Origin: Owenia fusiformis
Lineage: Eukaryota
DNA: 64,000 nt
Assembly (NCBI GenBank): GCA_903813345.2
Contig: CAIIXF020000001.1
Span: forward strand, 46,748,001 to 46,812,000
Direction: 5' to 3'
Both the position numbers and the translations under genes were made by a program. Below, piece after piece: positions 1 to 13,145 of the stretch (the first letter of the stretch is position 1; every line of letters begins with the position of its first letter). The notes under the pieces were generated by a model. That model was given only the letters and a program-made list of their open reading frames with translations. It was not told the DNA's origin and searched no databases.

Positions 1-1489
1 CCAATTTGTGGATAGGGTTAAATATATAGATAATTGGATAGTGGTGAGACTTTTTATAAGAAGTAGAAATGCGAAACAATTAACTTTTTGATGATGCAAT
101 AAAAGCTGTTGGGGAAGGGTACATTAACTAGTATTTAAGATATCAGGAAAATATCAAATAATTGGAGAGTTGGTGAGTTAATGTAATTTTGGATGATCCT
201 TCCAACAGTCCATCAATATTGCTAGCTACCATAAATTCATGATTTCAGCTATATTTGACAGCTTGTATATATTTGCAGAATGGACTGAGACACGATGTAG
301 GTCTATTAAAATAGCCCTTTATATTCAATTTTGTCCAAAGTTGCTCCATTTCGGCCACACCTGTACACACATTGTGCTATCTACCTTTGGCTGTGATTGC
401 GTTCAGCTTCAGATATAAAGCAACACTGAGTCGCGGACTGCGTTGGGCAGATGGATGGACTGCGACTATTATAAATTCCAATTTTCTATGTAATTGTACG
501 TTTTCCGCTTACCAAATATCACACGAAGATGTAATTGTAACAACAGAACATGAATAATTATATTAATTCGATGTCATTTCTGATTCCTTTGTTTAAATCG
601 GTATATTAGGGACAAATATTGACAAAATTACATTTTTTGTGGCAGATTTCGAATTCATTTGTGTTCATGCTAAACTATTGGACAGCCGAGCACCAAGAAT
701 GCCATTGCAGGTGGAGTATGAATATGTTGATCACCGACTGGAATATACTAGCTATTCTGTAGAATATCCAAACCAATAATCTACCCCAAATCCTAACATG
801 CCTTCCAAATTCAGTTTGGACTTACTGCCATTGTTCAGCTATAATGCGTTGTAACCTCGTTTTGAATTACGCGAGTCGCAGTCCGTGGCTTCGCCCTCGT
901 TTTGCTTATCCCCCGTGTTATTTGGGAGTGAAATTGATGGCCTGTGTTAAAACTCCAAGGTCAAGCTGATCTGGTCACTCTTTAAGACAATTAAAATTAG
1001 GTTTTTACTAAAATTGGTACATTCTGTATGTGTTTTTCTCAGTTAAAGCATATTTATTGAAAAAAATTCCTATTAAATCATTCTAGGCCTTTTAATATCA
1101 GTTTACTTGATTGGTCTTGTTTTAATCATTTTTGTTTAAAAGGATGTTTTTGGAGTATTTTAGAGGACTGTATTGTCAAAGAATTTATGAAAAGAGCATT
1201 TTATTATCTTCACAAGTTCAGGTTTCAAGTTCAGGGTTTCATTTGAATTCTATTGTCTAATATATAATCAAGGAGGATTGGAAGCCAGAGTTCCAACTTG
1301 ATATTCTTTAATCTCCCAGTAATGCGATATTGCCGATCATGCCTGTATATTTTTCTGGCTGCGGGGAGAGTGGACGATATTCTCCAACAAAGCTGGCATC
1401 ATTATTGTTTGACATTTACCTGGCTACAAAGTCAAAATCAGCATTCAAAACATTGACAGTAAGTGGTCATAAGCCACTAATGATCTTAA

Positions 1490-1745
1490 TCATTTCTTTT
1501 GTGTTTTGAATTTTTTTTGTTCAGTAATAAGACCAAATCTTGCGATTCAAATTTTGAAGTGAGAAATACAACTCCAGGACTGATGATAGTTTTTTAGAGA
1601 ATATAGATGTTGTATTCTGGCTGCCAATCCTCCTTGATATATAATGGAATATTCAGTCATAACAGATGAAATTATTAATTGGCGATTGCTGGATTTGTCC
1701 AGATAAGCCACTTTTTGAGTCAACCAGAAACTTGAAATTAGGATC
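1490..1745. repeat. Dispersed repeat fragment, similar to ~21450-21680
   Basis: Shared blocks such as GTTTTGAATTTTTT..GTT...AATAAGACCAAAT..GCGATTCAAA..TGAAG at ~1503-1560 and ~21464-21518. Boundaries approximate. Confidence 0.5.
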
Positions 1746-1965
1746 ACACATCTTAATTTTTAACCAAAAAAGCTTTATTTTTATGTATGTAGAACAACTA
1801 CATATGCAATTAATATTTAAGGCATGAAACTAATTATATTAGCATGTTCTCTCTAAGATTCAAATATGCAAAAAATTGAATATATTGATAAAGAACAGAT
1901 TCAGCATGGAATTTCATCCCCAAGTCTGTGAAAATTTCTTAGTAATAACATATTTTTTATTTCAG

Positions 1966-4900
1966 TGAGTGCATTGTCTCCAGAGGTTGCTCAATACGAG
2001 ACGTGCTATGTCACAGCTCACAAAGGCCCCTGTAGAGTTGCCAAGTTCCATGATTCAGGTAACATTACAAGGCTGCTTTCATTGTAGAGTAAAAGACAGC
2101 AGTATAAAAAACTTATTAATTACTTTTGTGAATGAACTAAATGACAGTCAAATTTGATATACATGCATTCATGTGTTTATGATAAATCAACAACAAAAAA
2201 TCTGTACTTTTTAGTGATTTTGGGGTAATCAGAGATTAAGGTAATTATGTGTAATGAGGATTTTTATGGAGTTTTAATTACATGTGTATATAATTATTGA
2301 TAATTAATGAAATGGGGATGTGGATATTATGGTTCTCTACATTTTTTAATGTCTAAATATATTTCACTCAATTAAATGAGACATTTCCCAAAATTTAGTT
2401 TCCAACATTTTTTTAAGAAAGTGTGAACTACAGTACCTTTAAACTTTTGTCTTATCCCATAGTGCTACGTGAACAGCTGAGATTGTAACCCACATGTTCC
2501 TTTACATTCTAGGTATGCTGATTGCTACAGGTTCAGAGGATACTTCCATAAAGGTAACATTTATGGGATGAGTTGTGATAAAGCTACATGTAGCTTTTTA
2601 CAAACAAAGGTCCATTCTTATATTGCAAGTTTGTTTGCACTCTTTTTAATTGTTCTCTGCAGATTTTTAACTCCTTGGGTTTCTTTAACATTTATTACTT
2701 CAGACGAGTTTGTGTAAAAAACCGGGTGACCGGGTATCCGGGTACCCGGTCGACAGGGTACCTAACGTTTCCTAGCAGGGTTACCAACTTTCAAAGTTCC
2801 ACATTTCCCCCGATATATAGTAGCGAATTGACTTGACAGACTTAGCCTACCGAGTGCACTGCTGTTCGTTATTTTCACCCTATACGAGACAGGGCACTTT
2901 TTAAATTAATCGATCCAGCAAACAGTGACGTCCATGTCACGTTGCTCATAAGTACCATATAAGTTCCTAGAAGACGTTGCGCACTTTCATTCTTTACACA
3001 TCGATGCAACGTAAACATGAGACATCTATTGATGGTACAAAAAGAACGTTGTTGTAACATGTCCGTAAAGTTCGTTAGTGTGGAAAACATAACAAACAGG
3101 AACGTTTGATTTTTTACTACATTGGTCCATATGTGACGTAACTCAAACGTTAAAACATGACAAAATCTTTGTGTTCTCACTAAGTCGGTTCATTTCCGAC
3201 GTAGTGTTAACGTTAAAATTTAACGTTGTCGAAACGTTTTTTCGATTTGAAATAAACGTGACGTCAATAATGACGTTTATGGACCGTATTGATCTGACGT
3301 TATTAAAATATTCAGCAAAGCTTCGATGGATGGTTGAATTTCAACATTGTGGAAATGGCTTCAAATTATTTTTTAGTTAAGGAAACGTTACAAAGACGTC
3401 AATATGTTCTCACTAAATCGGTTCATTACCGACGTTATTTTAACGTTAAAAGTTAACGTTGTCAAAACGTTCTTACGATGTGAAATAACCTCAAAACGTG
3501 ACGTCGAAAATAACCTAAATGTATCGTCCAGATCCAACGTTATAAATAAAAAAATTCCTAACCCTGCTAGGAACGTTAAGTACCCGGTCACCCGGTTACC
3601 CGGTTACCCGGTCACCCGGTTTTTTACACAAACCCACTTCAGACACATCTGAAATCCCAAAATTTGATTTTACTTTATGAAAATGATTTGATTTCAATGT
3701 TGTTTGGAGACAGTAATGTTCCCTAACAATTTACACATTCTTATCTTTGCTACCCCTTAATGACATACAAACAATAAATTGTTTGATTGCAGATTTTGGA
3801 TGTTGAGCGCATGTTGTCTAAGAGCTCTGGCTTGGATCCCAGAGTCTCATCTGATGGAAATGATGAAAACCACCCAGTTATCAGAACCTTGTATGATCAC
3901 AATGATGTAAGTTCAAATACACGACTACCTTTCCTTATTGTTTTGCTTTATTATGTCACCACCACAAGTGGTGGACTGTATTCAGTGTCCAGCGGTTGGT
4001 GATTTTGAGATAGCCCTGAATTAGAATAGGAGTCATTGAATTCTTTGAAGTTTTTTAAGTACCTCACATTTATTTCATGTTAAAACGCCCACTTAAGGCA
4101 TTGACAGCTACTTTTTCGTTTTTTGGAATTTAAATCTTATCAGAATCGAAACCATATTTCTTTTTGACATTCAGAGACTACTGTAGTCTGACACTTTGTG
4201 TACAAGAAAGATACTACTTTCCCAGATGTGGTTGTTTCCTTTATTTATGAACAGTATTATTATTGTAAATGTGATATTGTAGATTGGTCTCTAATAATAT
4301 ATAGCTATAAAGCTTATGAATACAAGGATCAGATCCGTATTTCCATTTTAAATACAGTTTACACTTGCTGTTGTATTTCATATTTTCTTGATAGGAAATC
4401 ACCACTCTGGACTTCCATCCACAAACTGCTGTCATATGTTCTGGCAGTTTGGACCATGCAGTCAAGTTCTTTGATTACTCCAAGCCCTCTGTGAAGAAAT
4501 CATTCAAAAGTATTCAGGTGAGTTATAAGAAAATCATATTAATTTTTTTTTTCATTTACGAAATAATTGCAGTTGCCTAATATAAGTCTAGTACAGCATA
4601 TCAAAGGTGGTATAAGATGTTCATTTTAATTTAAAAGGCGCTTTTCATTTTGAGAGTTCTGGTGTGTAATGTATACATTTTTTTCTCTCCAGGAGGCTTA
4701 CCCAGTGAAAGCTGTTGCATTTCACCCTTCAGGAGATTTCCTCTTAGTTGGAACAGAGCACCCTACAGGTGAGTCAGTCAGCCATGTACATGTTACCTCA
4801 AAAAGGCATTTAGGTGATAAGTTCTTTAATAATTCATACATTTGATTAATTTCCCAAATTTGGTATTGTACACCTCAGTAGCATACAAATTGCCATTAGG

Positions 4901-7900
4901 AATATAAGTGTGGTTTGAATAAGTTTGAATGAATATATGATTCACATCAGTTGAGCAATTCAGGAGAGTTCAAACATAAAACATTTTAATGCCTGATCTT
5001 GACTAATAACATTCATGGTATTAAGGTAACGCAATGCTAGTGGGCACACATCAGTTTCAGAATATTTTAATTTTAATTTTTTACTACTGTTAATTTATGT
5101 TTATGTACTCAATTTGTATACTAGTTCTATACTGATTTTTATACCATGGTCAGAGCAATATCAGATATAAAATACAGTAAAACCTGTATATCTGAACACC
5201 TGGCTAATCCGAACACCTTCCAATTTGAACACTTTTTTTCGGTCCCATTTTTTCCTCCCATTGACTCCCATGTTAAAAAAACCTTGAAATCTGAACACCT
5301 CCTAATCTGAACAGTGAACAATCAGATTTGAAAAACTGACCTGTCTAATCTGAACATTTTATCAGAAATCAAATGTCTGGACATTTCAATAATAGCCACA
5401 TATTGAGTCAATGTTATAGTTCTTATTATCTTTACATATGCAATGTAATCAAAGAACCAATATTGTCCTAATTAACTTATTTATGTCTCAATGACATCCC
5501 TAATTGTGGAAAACAACAGGAAATGTGTGAATAGGGGAGTTAATTGGTTTATCTTATTAGAAAATAACTGAATGTTTTATGTCTGGATTAAGAGAAAGGT
5601 GAGAATCTGGGAGATAATTGGTTTATCCTTATTTTAAATTAACTGGATGTTTTTGATTTGGATTATGAACAAGTCTTAACTGTTTTATATCCCATGTGTC
5701 TGTTATGATAACTAGGATTCAATCAGTAAATGTTTTATAATCACAGAGACAACACAGACTATATATGTCAAGGTTTCAGTTCTCTATATCGTAAAATAAT
5801 CTAAGTCCAAGAATGTAAAGGAATATGGCCAATGTAAAGCTTTTTGAAAATGCATGCTATAAAAATTCACAACTTTCAATCACAAAATAATCTAAGTTCA
5901 TGATTGTAATGGAATTTCGCCAATGTAAAGCTTTTTGAAAATGCCTGCATAAAAAGTTCACAACTTTGCTTCGTGAAATATTCTAAGTCCAAGAATGTAA
6001 AGGAATATGGCCAATGTAAAGCTTTTTGAAAATGCATGCTGTAAAAGTTCACCTCTTCAGATCGTAAAATATTGTAAGTCCAAGAATGTAAAGGAATATG
6101 TCCAATGTAAAGCTATTTGAAATGCCTGATATAAAAGTTCACAACTTTCAATCGTAAAATAATCAAAGTCCAAGAATGTAATGGAATATCGCCAATGTAA
6201 AGCTATTTAAAATGCCTGATATAAAAGTTCACAACTTTCAATCATAAAATAATCAAAGTCCAAGAATGTAATGGAATATCGCCAATGTAAAGCTTTTTGA
6301 AAATACATGCCTTAAAAGTTTAAAAGTTCAGTAAGTGGGATGTTTTTAAATTTCTCAACTCGTCATTGTAAAGAAAAAAAGCTTTACTTTAAAATGACAT
6401 AAATTTTTGTCCCTAAATCTTGACACTGATGACACAGACACATTTGAAGACAAGATTATAATTGTTTTATCATTATTAGAAATTACCTGGATGTTTTTGA
6501 TTTAGATTAAGAGAAAGGTGAGAATCTGGGAGATAATTGGTTTATCCTTATTTTAAATTAACTGGATGTTTTTGATTTGGATTATGAACAAGTCTTAACT
6601 GTTTTATATCCCATGTGTCTGTTATGATAACTAGGATTCAATCAGTAAATGTTTTATAATCACAGAGACAACACAGACACATTTGCAGACAAGATTATAA
6701 TTGTTTTATCATTATTAGAAATTACCTGGATGTTTTTGATTTAGATTAAGAGAAAGGTGAGAATCTGGGAGATAATTGGTTTATCCTTATTTTAAATTAA
6801 CTGGATGTTTTTGATTTGGATTATGAACAAGTCTTAACTGTTTTATATCCCATGTGTCTGTTATGATAACTAGGATTCAATCAGTAAATGTTTTATAATC
6901 ACAGAGACAACACAGACACATTTGCAGACAAGATTATAATTGTTTTATCATTATTAGAAATTACCTGGATGTTTTTGATTTAGATTAAGAGAAAGGTGAG
7001 AATCTGGGAGATAATTGGTTTATCCTTATTTTAAATTAACTGGATGTTTTTGATTTGGATTATGAACAAGTCTTAACTGTTTTATATCCCATGTGTCTGT
7101 TATGATAACTAGGATTCAATCAGTAAATGTTTTATAATCACAGAGACAACACAGACACATTTGCAGACAAGATTATAATTGTTTTATCATTATTAGAAAT
7201 TACCTGGATGTTTTTGATTTAGATTAAGAGAAAGGTGAGAATCTGGGAGATAATTTGTTTATCCTTATTTTAAATTAACTGGATGTTTTTGATTTGGATT
7301 ATGAACAAGTCTTAACTGTTTTATATCCTATGGGTCTGTTATGATAGCTGGGATTCAATCAGTAAATGTTTTATAATCACAAAGACAACACAGACACATT
7401 TGCAGACAAGATTATATCATGAGAAAGAGAAAAAATTCAACTTCTTAATATCCTATCACTAAAATGCCTTCTAAAAAGGCACATCTGACATACTGAATGC
7501 CCTTGATATTTTGAAAAAAAAAACTTTTTAATTGTAGAGGGTATCTACTCAAATATTGCTAATGCTAAAAGTGCCAAGAAACAACAATGAACGACTTTTT
7601 CAAGCTAAAGTAAAGCAGTGCTATGTAACCATAATATGATATAAGTCATTTAATAAGCATACGATTTTGTACAAGACTATCATATACTTATTCAGTGTAT
7701 TACAAAGTTTTTGCCAAAATGAAAGAGTTATTTTTCCAAAAATAATGAAATTGTTCAAATTGTTAATAAAACATAGCATATACATGTAGGCTATAGGCCT
7801 ATTGTAGTATTAAGTGTTCAATATAGTGGACTGAACAATGAAAATCCCCCCCCCCCGACCAACAATATCCTCGAAATTTGAACACCTGCCAATTTGAACG

Positions 7901-10900
7901 CTTTTGGCTGGTCCCATGGGTGTTCGGATTAGACAGGTTTTACTGTAGCAAGTGGTAAATCACATATATGGGACAGGGACAGTATCAGGGACGATATCGG
8001 GTTTAGAGAGATGATATTGATATCATTCCGGGTAAATTCAAAAATTTTACATTTTCCCCCAAAAATTCATTTTTTCAAGAAAAAACATTATTTCAAATTT
8101 TTTCATTTTTTCAAAATTTTTCATTTTTCCAAAATTTTTCACTTTTGCTCTTGACCATGGTATAAGGTCGTTATTCAACTGTCGGGATGATATGGGTAAT
8201 ATCCCTCGGATGATATTGATATTTGATATCATCCTTGTGATATTCCCCATATCAAATCCCTCCTGCTGAATAACTACTTTGTAACAATAAAACTTTTATT
8301 TTCAGTTCGCTTGTATGATACAAACACATTCCAGTGTTATGTTGCGTCCAACCCTGCAGACCAGCATACAGGTCCTATCACTGATGTAAGTAGTATTTTA
8401 ACTTGTGCTTCATGAATTCTGAGACTCACATGTAGCCAATCCGTAACAGTGCCATACAGTGTGGTGACTCTAGAGTGCCAATTGAGGCCAATTGAGTGCC
8501 AATTGAGGCTGTAGTCTCAGGTCTTTTATTCTCATTTGGTGCAAAAACTGCGATAAGCTCCTTATCTAAAGATGACCCAATGAATGTATGTTCTACTAGA
8601 AATGGCATATTTTCTATTTTGTTCAGAGATAATATCACAATTCATGTCAATTATAAGTACTACTGTTAAATTCATGCATTTATGATTATTAAGATTATGT
8701 TTTTAATGTGAACTATATGGCCAATTAGTTGCTAATTATACCAAAAACTGATTTATTTGTTTTAGTGTAAATACAGTCCAAATGCCAATATGTATATCAC
8801 ATGCTCTGAAGATGGCAGCATTAAAGTGTGGGATGGCGTCAGTAATAAGTGCACAAATACATTTACATCTGCTCACGATGGTGCTGAGGTCTGCTCTGTT
8901 CAACTATCTAGAAATAACAAGGTAAAAAATTGATGGGAGTTACTTGTTTAGCATGTACATGTATACAGCTAGATGCATTGCAAAACTCAATATTGAGTCC
9001 AGGTTGAGGCCAAACCAGGGTTGAATCATGCTTGATTCAGCATTAAAAACACTCAATTAACATCAAATCAAATGACTAGTCTCGGTTTGGAGAACGAAGT
9101 TCATCAGTCTACTGCATGTTACGCCTGCTTCGGACAATTTTGATATTTTTACATATTGTAGATTTTCAATGTCCTCTTTTGAATATCCATCATTTAATTT
9201 ATTTGATATTTCTATATTTTTCATAAAAATATTAGCGCAGTACACTTTTTTCTCCAAATAGAGACTTTTGTTTATTGATTTGGTCTACTTCACACAATTT
9301 TGATATTTTTACGTCGTAGAATTAAATGTCCTCTTTTGAATATTCATAATTTAATTTGGGTGATATTTCTACATTTTTCATTAAAAATTATGAACACATG
9401 AGACTGTTCTCCAAAGTTTATTCTATATGAGCTACATATAATCATTGCAAATCAATTAACTGAAGCCTTGTACATGTATATGTATAAGTATTATAACTAT
9501 ACTTTCATGAAAATTCACAGAAAATAATCATAAATGTAGCTCTCATGATAGAAACATATAAATGTATTAGTACATGTACATTTTTTTCAGTATATTTTAT
9601 CAAGTGGAATGGACTCTCTAGTGAAGTTATGGGAGCTATCCACAGCCAGGTGTTTGATTGCATATACAGGAGCAGGCACTAGTGGCAAACAGGAACACAG
9701 ATCTACAGCTTGCTTTAATCACACAGAAGATTATGGTGAGATGCCCTTATTTTGTTTTGCATTAAATTCTACATAGAGTTGCTTGCGTTTAGTATTGGGT
9801 TTATGCAATGCCCTTTTTAACTTAAGATGTCCCATTGAATCACGTTATAAAATCTCTCAATTGAACCCAGACTAGGTTAACCGTGCAATGAAACTGCTTT
9901 AGTAACATCATTTCCATGAGCAATTGAGTTCTTCTGAGCTTACCAAGCCAACCAGAGCCTCTTATTTTCAAAATGTTTTTTATCCATTGAGCCAAGCGGG
10001 TTGTGATATTACTAGGCCTACAATTATACAGTGTTGGTCGCATGCACATCAGATTATAAAGCAAGCTGCTCTTGCTTATACATGATGACAGAAAAAATGC
10101 TTCCCTCCAATTTTTGAATAACTTTTTCAATAATTGGTAACTTCATGAATTTTTTGTATAAATAGAGTGTTTAAAGGCAGAATCAGATCTAAAGGGATGA
10201 CAAAATTACAAGCAATGTGTACAATTGACCTACCAATCTATTCCTTACAATCTCAAATACAATATCTCTCAAAAGATTAATGATATGTTATAAATTGGTG
10301 AAGTTATAATGGATTCAAAGTGCAAAAAATGAGTGAAAATGTTGAAAGAAAGTGTGCACTTTGGGGATTTTGAGAAAATAGACATGAAAAGGAATGACAT
10401 GAGCCAGAAATTTGTAAAATTCTGTAAAATGTTTTGTCCTAGTCAGAGGTAGGTGTACTAGCTAATGAGCCAAGGATATTCCCAAGATGAGATGGCAATG
10501 TATTTGATGTTGCGTGTGTTATTATATTCTATTGTATATTATAATGTTATATTCTAGTGTTATTCCCGGATGAGAGAACAAAAAGTCTTTGTGTTTGGGA
10601 TTCAAGGAATGCAGAGAGGCAGAAGTTGCTGTCGTTAGGTAAGTTATTTTTACAAGCAGTATCAAAATATTTTTTTAATAGTCTCTGATATTAGATTTTT
10701 TGACCTAGTATTGATTTTAAATTACTTTCAAAAGAACCCTCTCTGGATGTGAACAGGTACTAAAAAGGACAGTTATAATGGGTATGAGAGGTTTTCATCT
10801 TGTTTTATTTTTTCATTTCCTTTCAGGTCATAATTTAACAGTTCGTTGCATCCAACATTCTCCTACTGGTCCATCCTTTATCTCAACCAGTGATGACTTT

Positions 10901-10939
10901 AGGGCAAGATTCTGGTACAGAAAGGCTTCAACAGACTGA
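1966..10939 (+). CDS. CSTF1: Cleavage stimulation factor 50 kDa subunit (WD40), 5'-partial; N-terminal exon(s) not found in the window
   Basis: Phase-consistent GT-AG exons 1966-2058, 2513-2553, 3793-3906, 4395-4517, 4693-4768, 8306-8385, 8766-8921, 9591-9735, 10558-10638, 10827-10939. They translate to [20 protein letters not shown]...[11 protein letters not shown]...AHDGAEVCS...FNHTEDYVLFPDE...[16 protein letters not shown], colinear with CstF-50. Confidence 0.95.
2706..3635. mobile_element. Non-autonomous DNA transposon, Mutator/MULE-like (9-bp TSD), in a CSTF1 intron
   Basis: TIRs G(A/G)GTTTGTGTAAAAAACCGGGTGACCGGG of ~70 bp with 9-bp subrepeats. Exact TSD ACTTCAGAC at 2697-2705 and 3636-3644. 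Internal ~85-bp duplication at 3173 and 3406. Confidence 0.8.
5795..6325. repeat. Tandem repeat, ~90-91-bp unit, ~6 copies
   Basis: AAGTCCAAGAATGTAA(A/T)GGAATAT.GCCAATGTAAAGCT recurs about every 90-91 bp. Confidence 0.9.
6433..7416. repeat. Tandem repeat, 239-bp unit, ~4 near-identical copies (partial copy at ~5550-5758)
   Basis: TTACCTGGATGTTTTTGATTTAGATTAAGAGAAAGGTGAG recurs every 239 bp. Confidence 0.92.
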
Positions 10940-13145
10940 GAAACACTGGTGTATGGTATTTGACATATTGATCTTTATCTTGACACTGACAATGCATGGA
11001 CACTGGAAGTGAAGACTCATTTTCTGAATACACAAAAACTGAAAATACCCCAAATCTCCATTCTAGCCACTCTTCTCTCTGACATGCAGCTGATTTGACA
11101 GTTTAAATGCTGTTCTTATTGTTGTTTTCATGAGTGTTTTTTTTACCTTGAATGTGAAATGACAATCAGTTACCTATATGCTGAATATGTAGGGAAGTGG
11201 CTCGGATATTATCAATATGCCATTTTTACAAAAAAAGGTATGCAAGAAAAGGAAAAAATCCTACCTATGTTGATTGCTAAAACATTTAAATTCAATAGGA
11301 ATTCATTTTACACTGTATTGTCATATTAATAAAAATAAGCCCTGCCCAATAGGAAAAAGGATTAATGGTTGTCAAAATAACATTCTCAACCAATTAGTGC
11401 AAATGGGAGAAGACATCTCTGATCGATATGATGTTTCTGCATTTTTGAAATTAAGAACTGATAGATGGAGTTTATTTGGAAAAATTAACAGAAGGCTGAA
11501 CATAGTAATTAAACAGGGACAAGATTGATAGTGTTGAAATGTGGAAAAAGCTAGTTTAGGCTATTCATAAGCAAAGAGAGTGGATACTGTTTAGTAATTG
11601 TGGAAATCATTGGTAAAGATATTTGAAGCTACAATTTGTAGAAATTTTTGTCAGTAGATATATTTTGTGGGATGTATGAAATATTTTCAAAATCTGAAAT
11701 TATATTTTTTATTTTATATGTACACATCAAAATGTTACATGAATGCCATGGACTTGCAGATCTCTCTAAGTATAAATACATGGAAATAAACAATTTTATA
11801 GAAAAACAACTCAACACAACTCATGTTTTTATTTTATTAACCAAGTATTTTATTGAAAAAATAACCATAGTACTGGGTAATTAAATGGCCATGTTTGTTC
11901 TTAAATTGATTATGCATGTCATGGATGTATAAATGTCAACTACAATGATGAATAGCTATATCCAAGTGGCATTCAGTTAAGATGACTACATCGAGATGGC
12001 ATCGGGAGCTGTTTGCACATTGCATCAATAGATAGGCTATTTAAAATCTCAAAAATAGGCTCCAAATGGAAAATTGGAACAAAAATCGTATTTTTCAGAA
12101 AATGAGTTTTTCTAACAAAAAAGAATATGGGAGCATTTTTATGTTAAAATTGGCAGTTTGGATACCACTATACAGAATGTACTACAATTACAGCACAAAA
12201 TGTCACCTTGTGAAATATTTAAACATCATTTGACAGTTTATAGAGTGGAATTCATTGAGTTGAAAAGAGGCATTAAAGGTAAAAACACAGATATTCAATA
12301 CTGGATTTGTCTTTATTTGGAGAGTGTTTAAATTGGCAAATTTTTGCGAAATGAAAAAATCACCAAATTAAAAAGTTGCCAATAGTCTTGATACAACAAA
12401 GAGAAATATTGAAGAAATTGTTCATCAACAACACTGACAATGGTCAATGAATATTTAGAATTTTGTTAGACGGGAGGATGGGACACTTGAAAAACTGCCA
12501 AATTAAATAGACGCCATTAGGGCCAAAAATACAAAATCACCAAATTAAGTAGCACCAAATTAAAGACAAATGCAGAAAGTACAGTGCATATGTTCTAATG
12601 CTATAAAATAAAATATTATAAAATATTGATATGATATTAGGAAATAAAAGGATTTCATTCAGTACAATAACATAAAGTGACCACTATGGCCCAGCACTAT
12701 TGCTAAAGACTTCTTAACCAGTACTAATACCCCGAAAACAGGCCTCGCAAGTTGGTGATAACGATATTTAGCATTCTGCAGTACTGATATAGTCTATACT
12801 ACTACAAGATGTAAAATAAAACATGTCAACTTCTACCCACTTCAGAAATAAAATGATGTCTAATAAAAGAATATTCCGATTCAGTTTCAAAATTCTACTT
12901 GTCATGATGTTGTTTCTCATGTTTGGCATTTAGATATTAGCCTTGTTATAAATGAAATAAAAATAATTATAAAGTATTAAAATCTAATTGTACATATATA
13001 TTTAAGATGTTGTGAAAACATTCTTCATTAGAAACGAGATAAACATTTTTCTTACAGTTCATATTGCAATATAACACACTCTAAACTTCTTTTTCCTGAC
13101 TTAATTCTCAATTGGTCTACAATATTTTGTAGTATTGCGATCAAT

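Larger units (their letters stand above)
5175..7945. mobile_element. Non-autonomous Tc1/mariner-pogo-like element containing tandem repeats
   Basis: TA|CAGTAAAACCTGT...ACAGGTTTTACTG|TA. Subterminal repeated AATTTGAACAC/AATCCGAACAC motifs. No transposase ORF. Confidence 0.75.

Noticed and set aside
279..300. Possible CSTF1 micro-exon (NGLRHDV)
   Set aside because: It has AG/GT boundaries but does not match the expected GIDLEFD-type sequence. The upstream exon is probably outside the window.
424..918. Possible MITE with GGACTGCGACT / AGTCGCAGTCC inverted motif
   Set aside because: Termini and TSD could not be defined.
9884..9940. Possible intronic C/D snoRNA (also near 48770-48815)
   Set aside because: Box C is degenerate, the span is short, and no terminal stem or recognisable guide is present.
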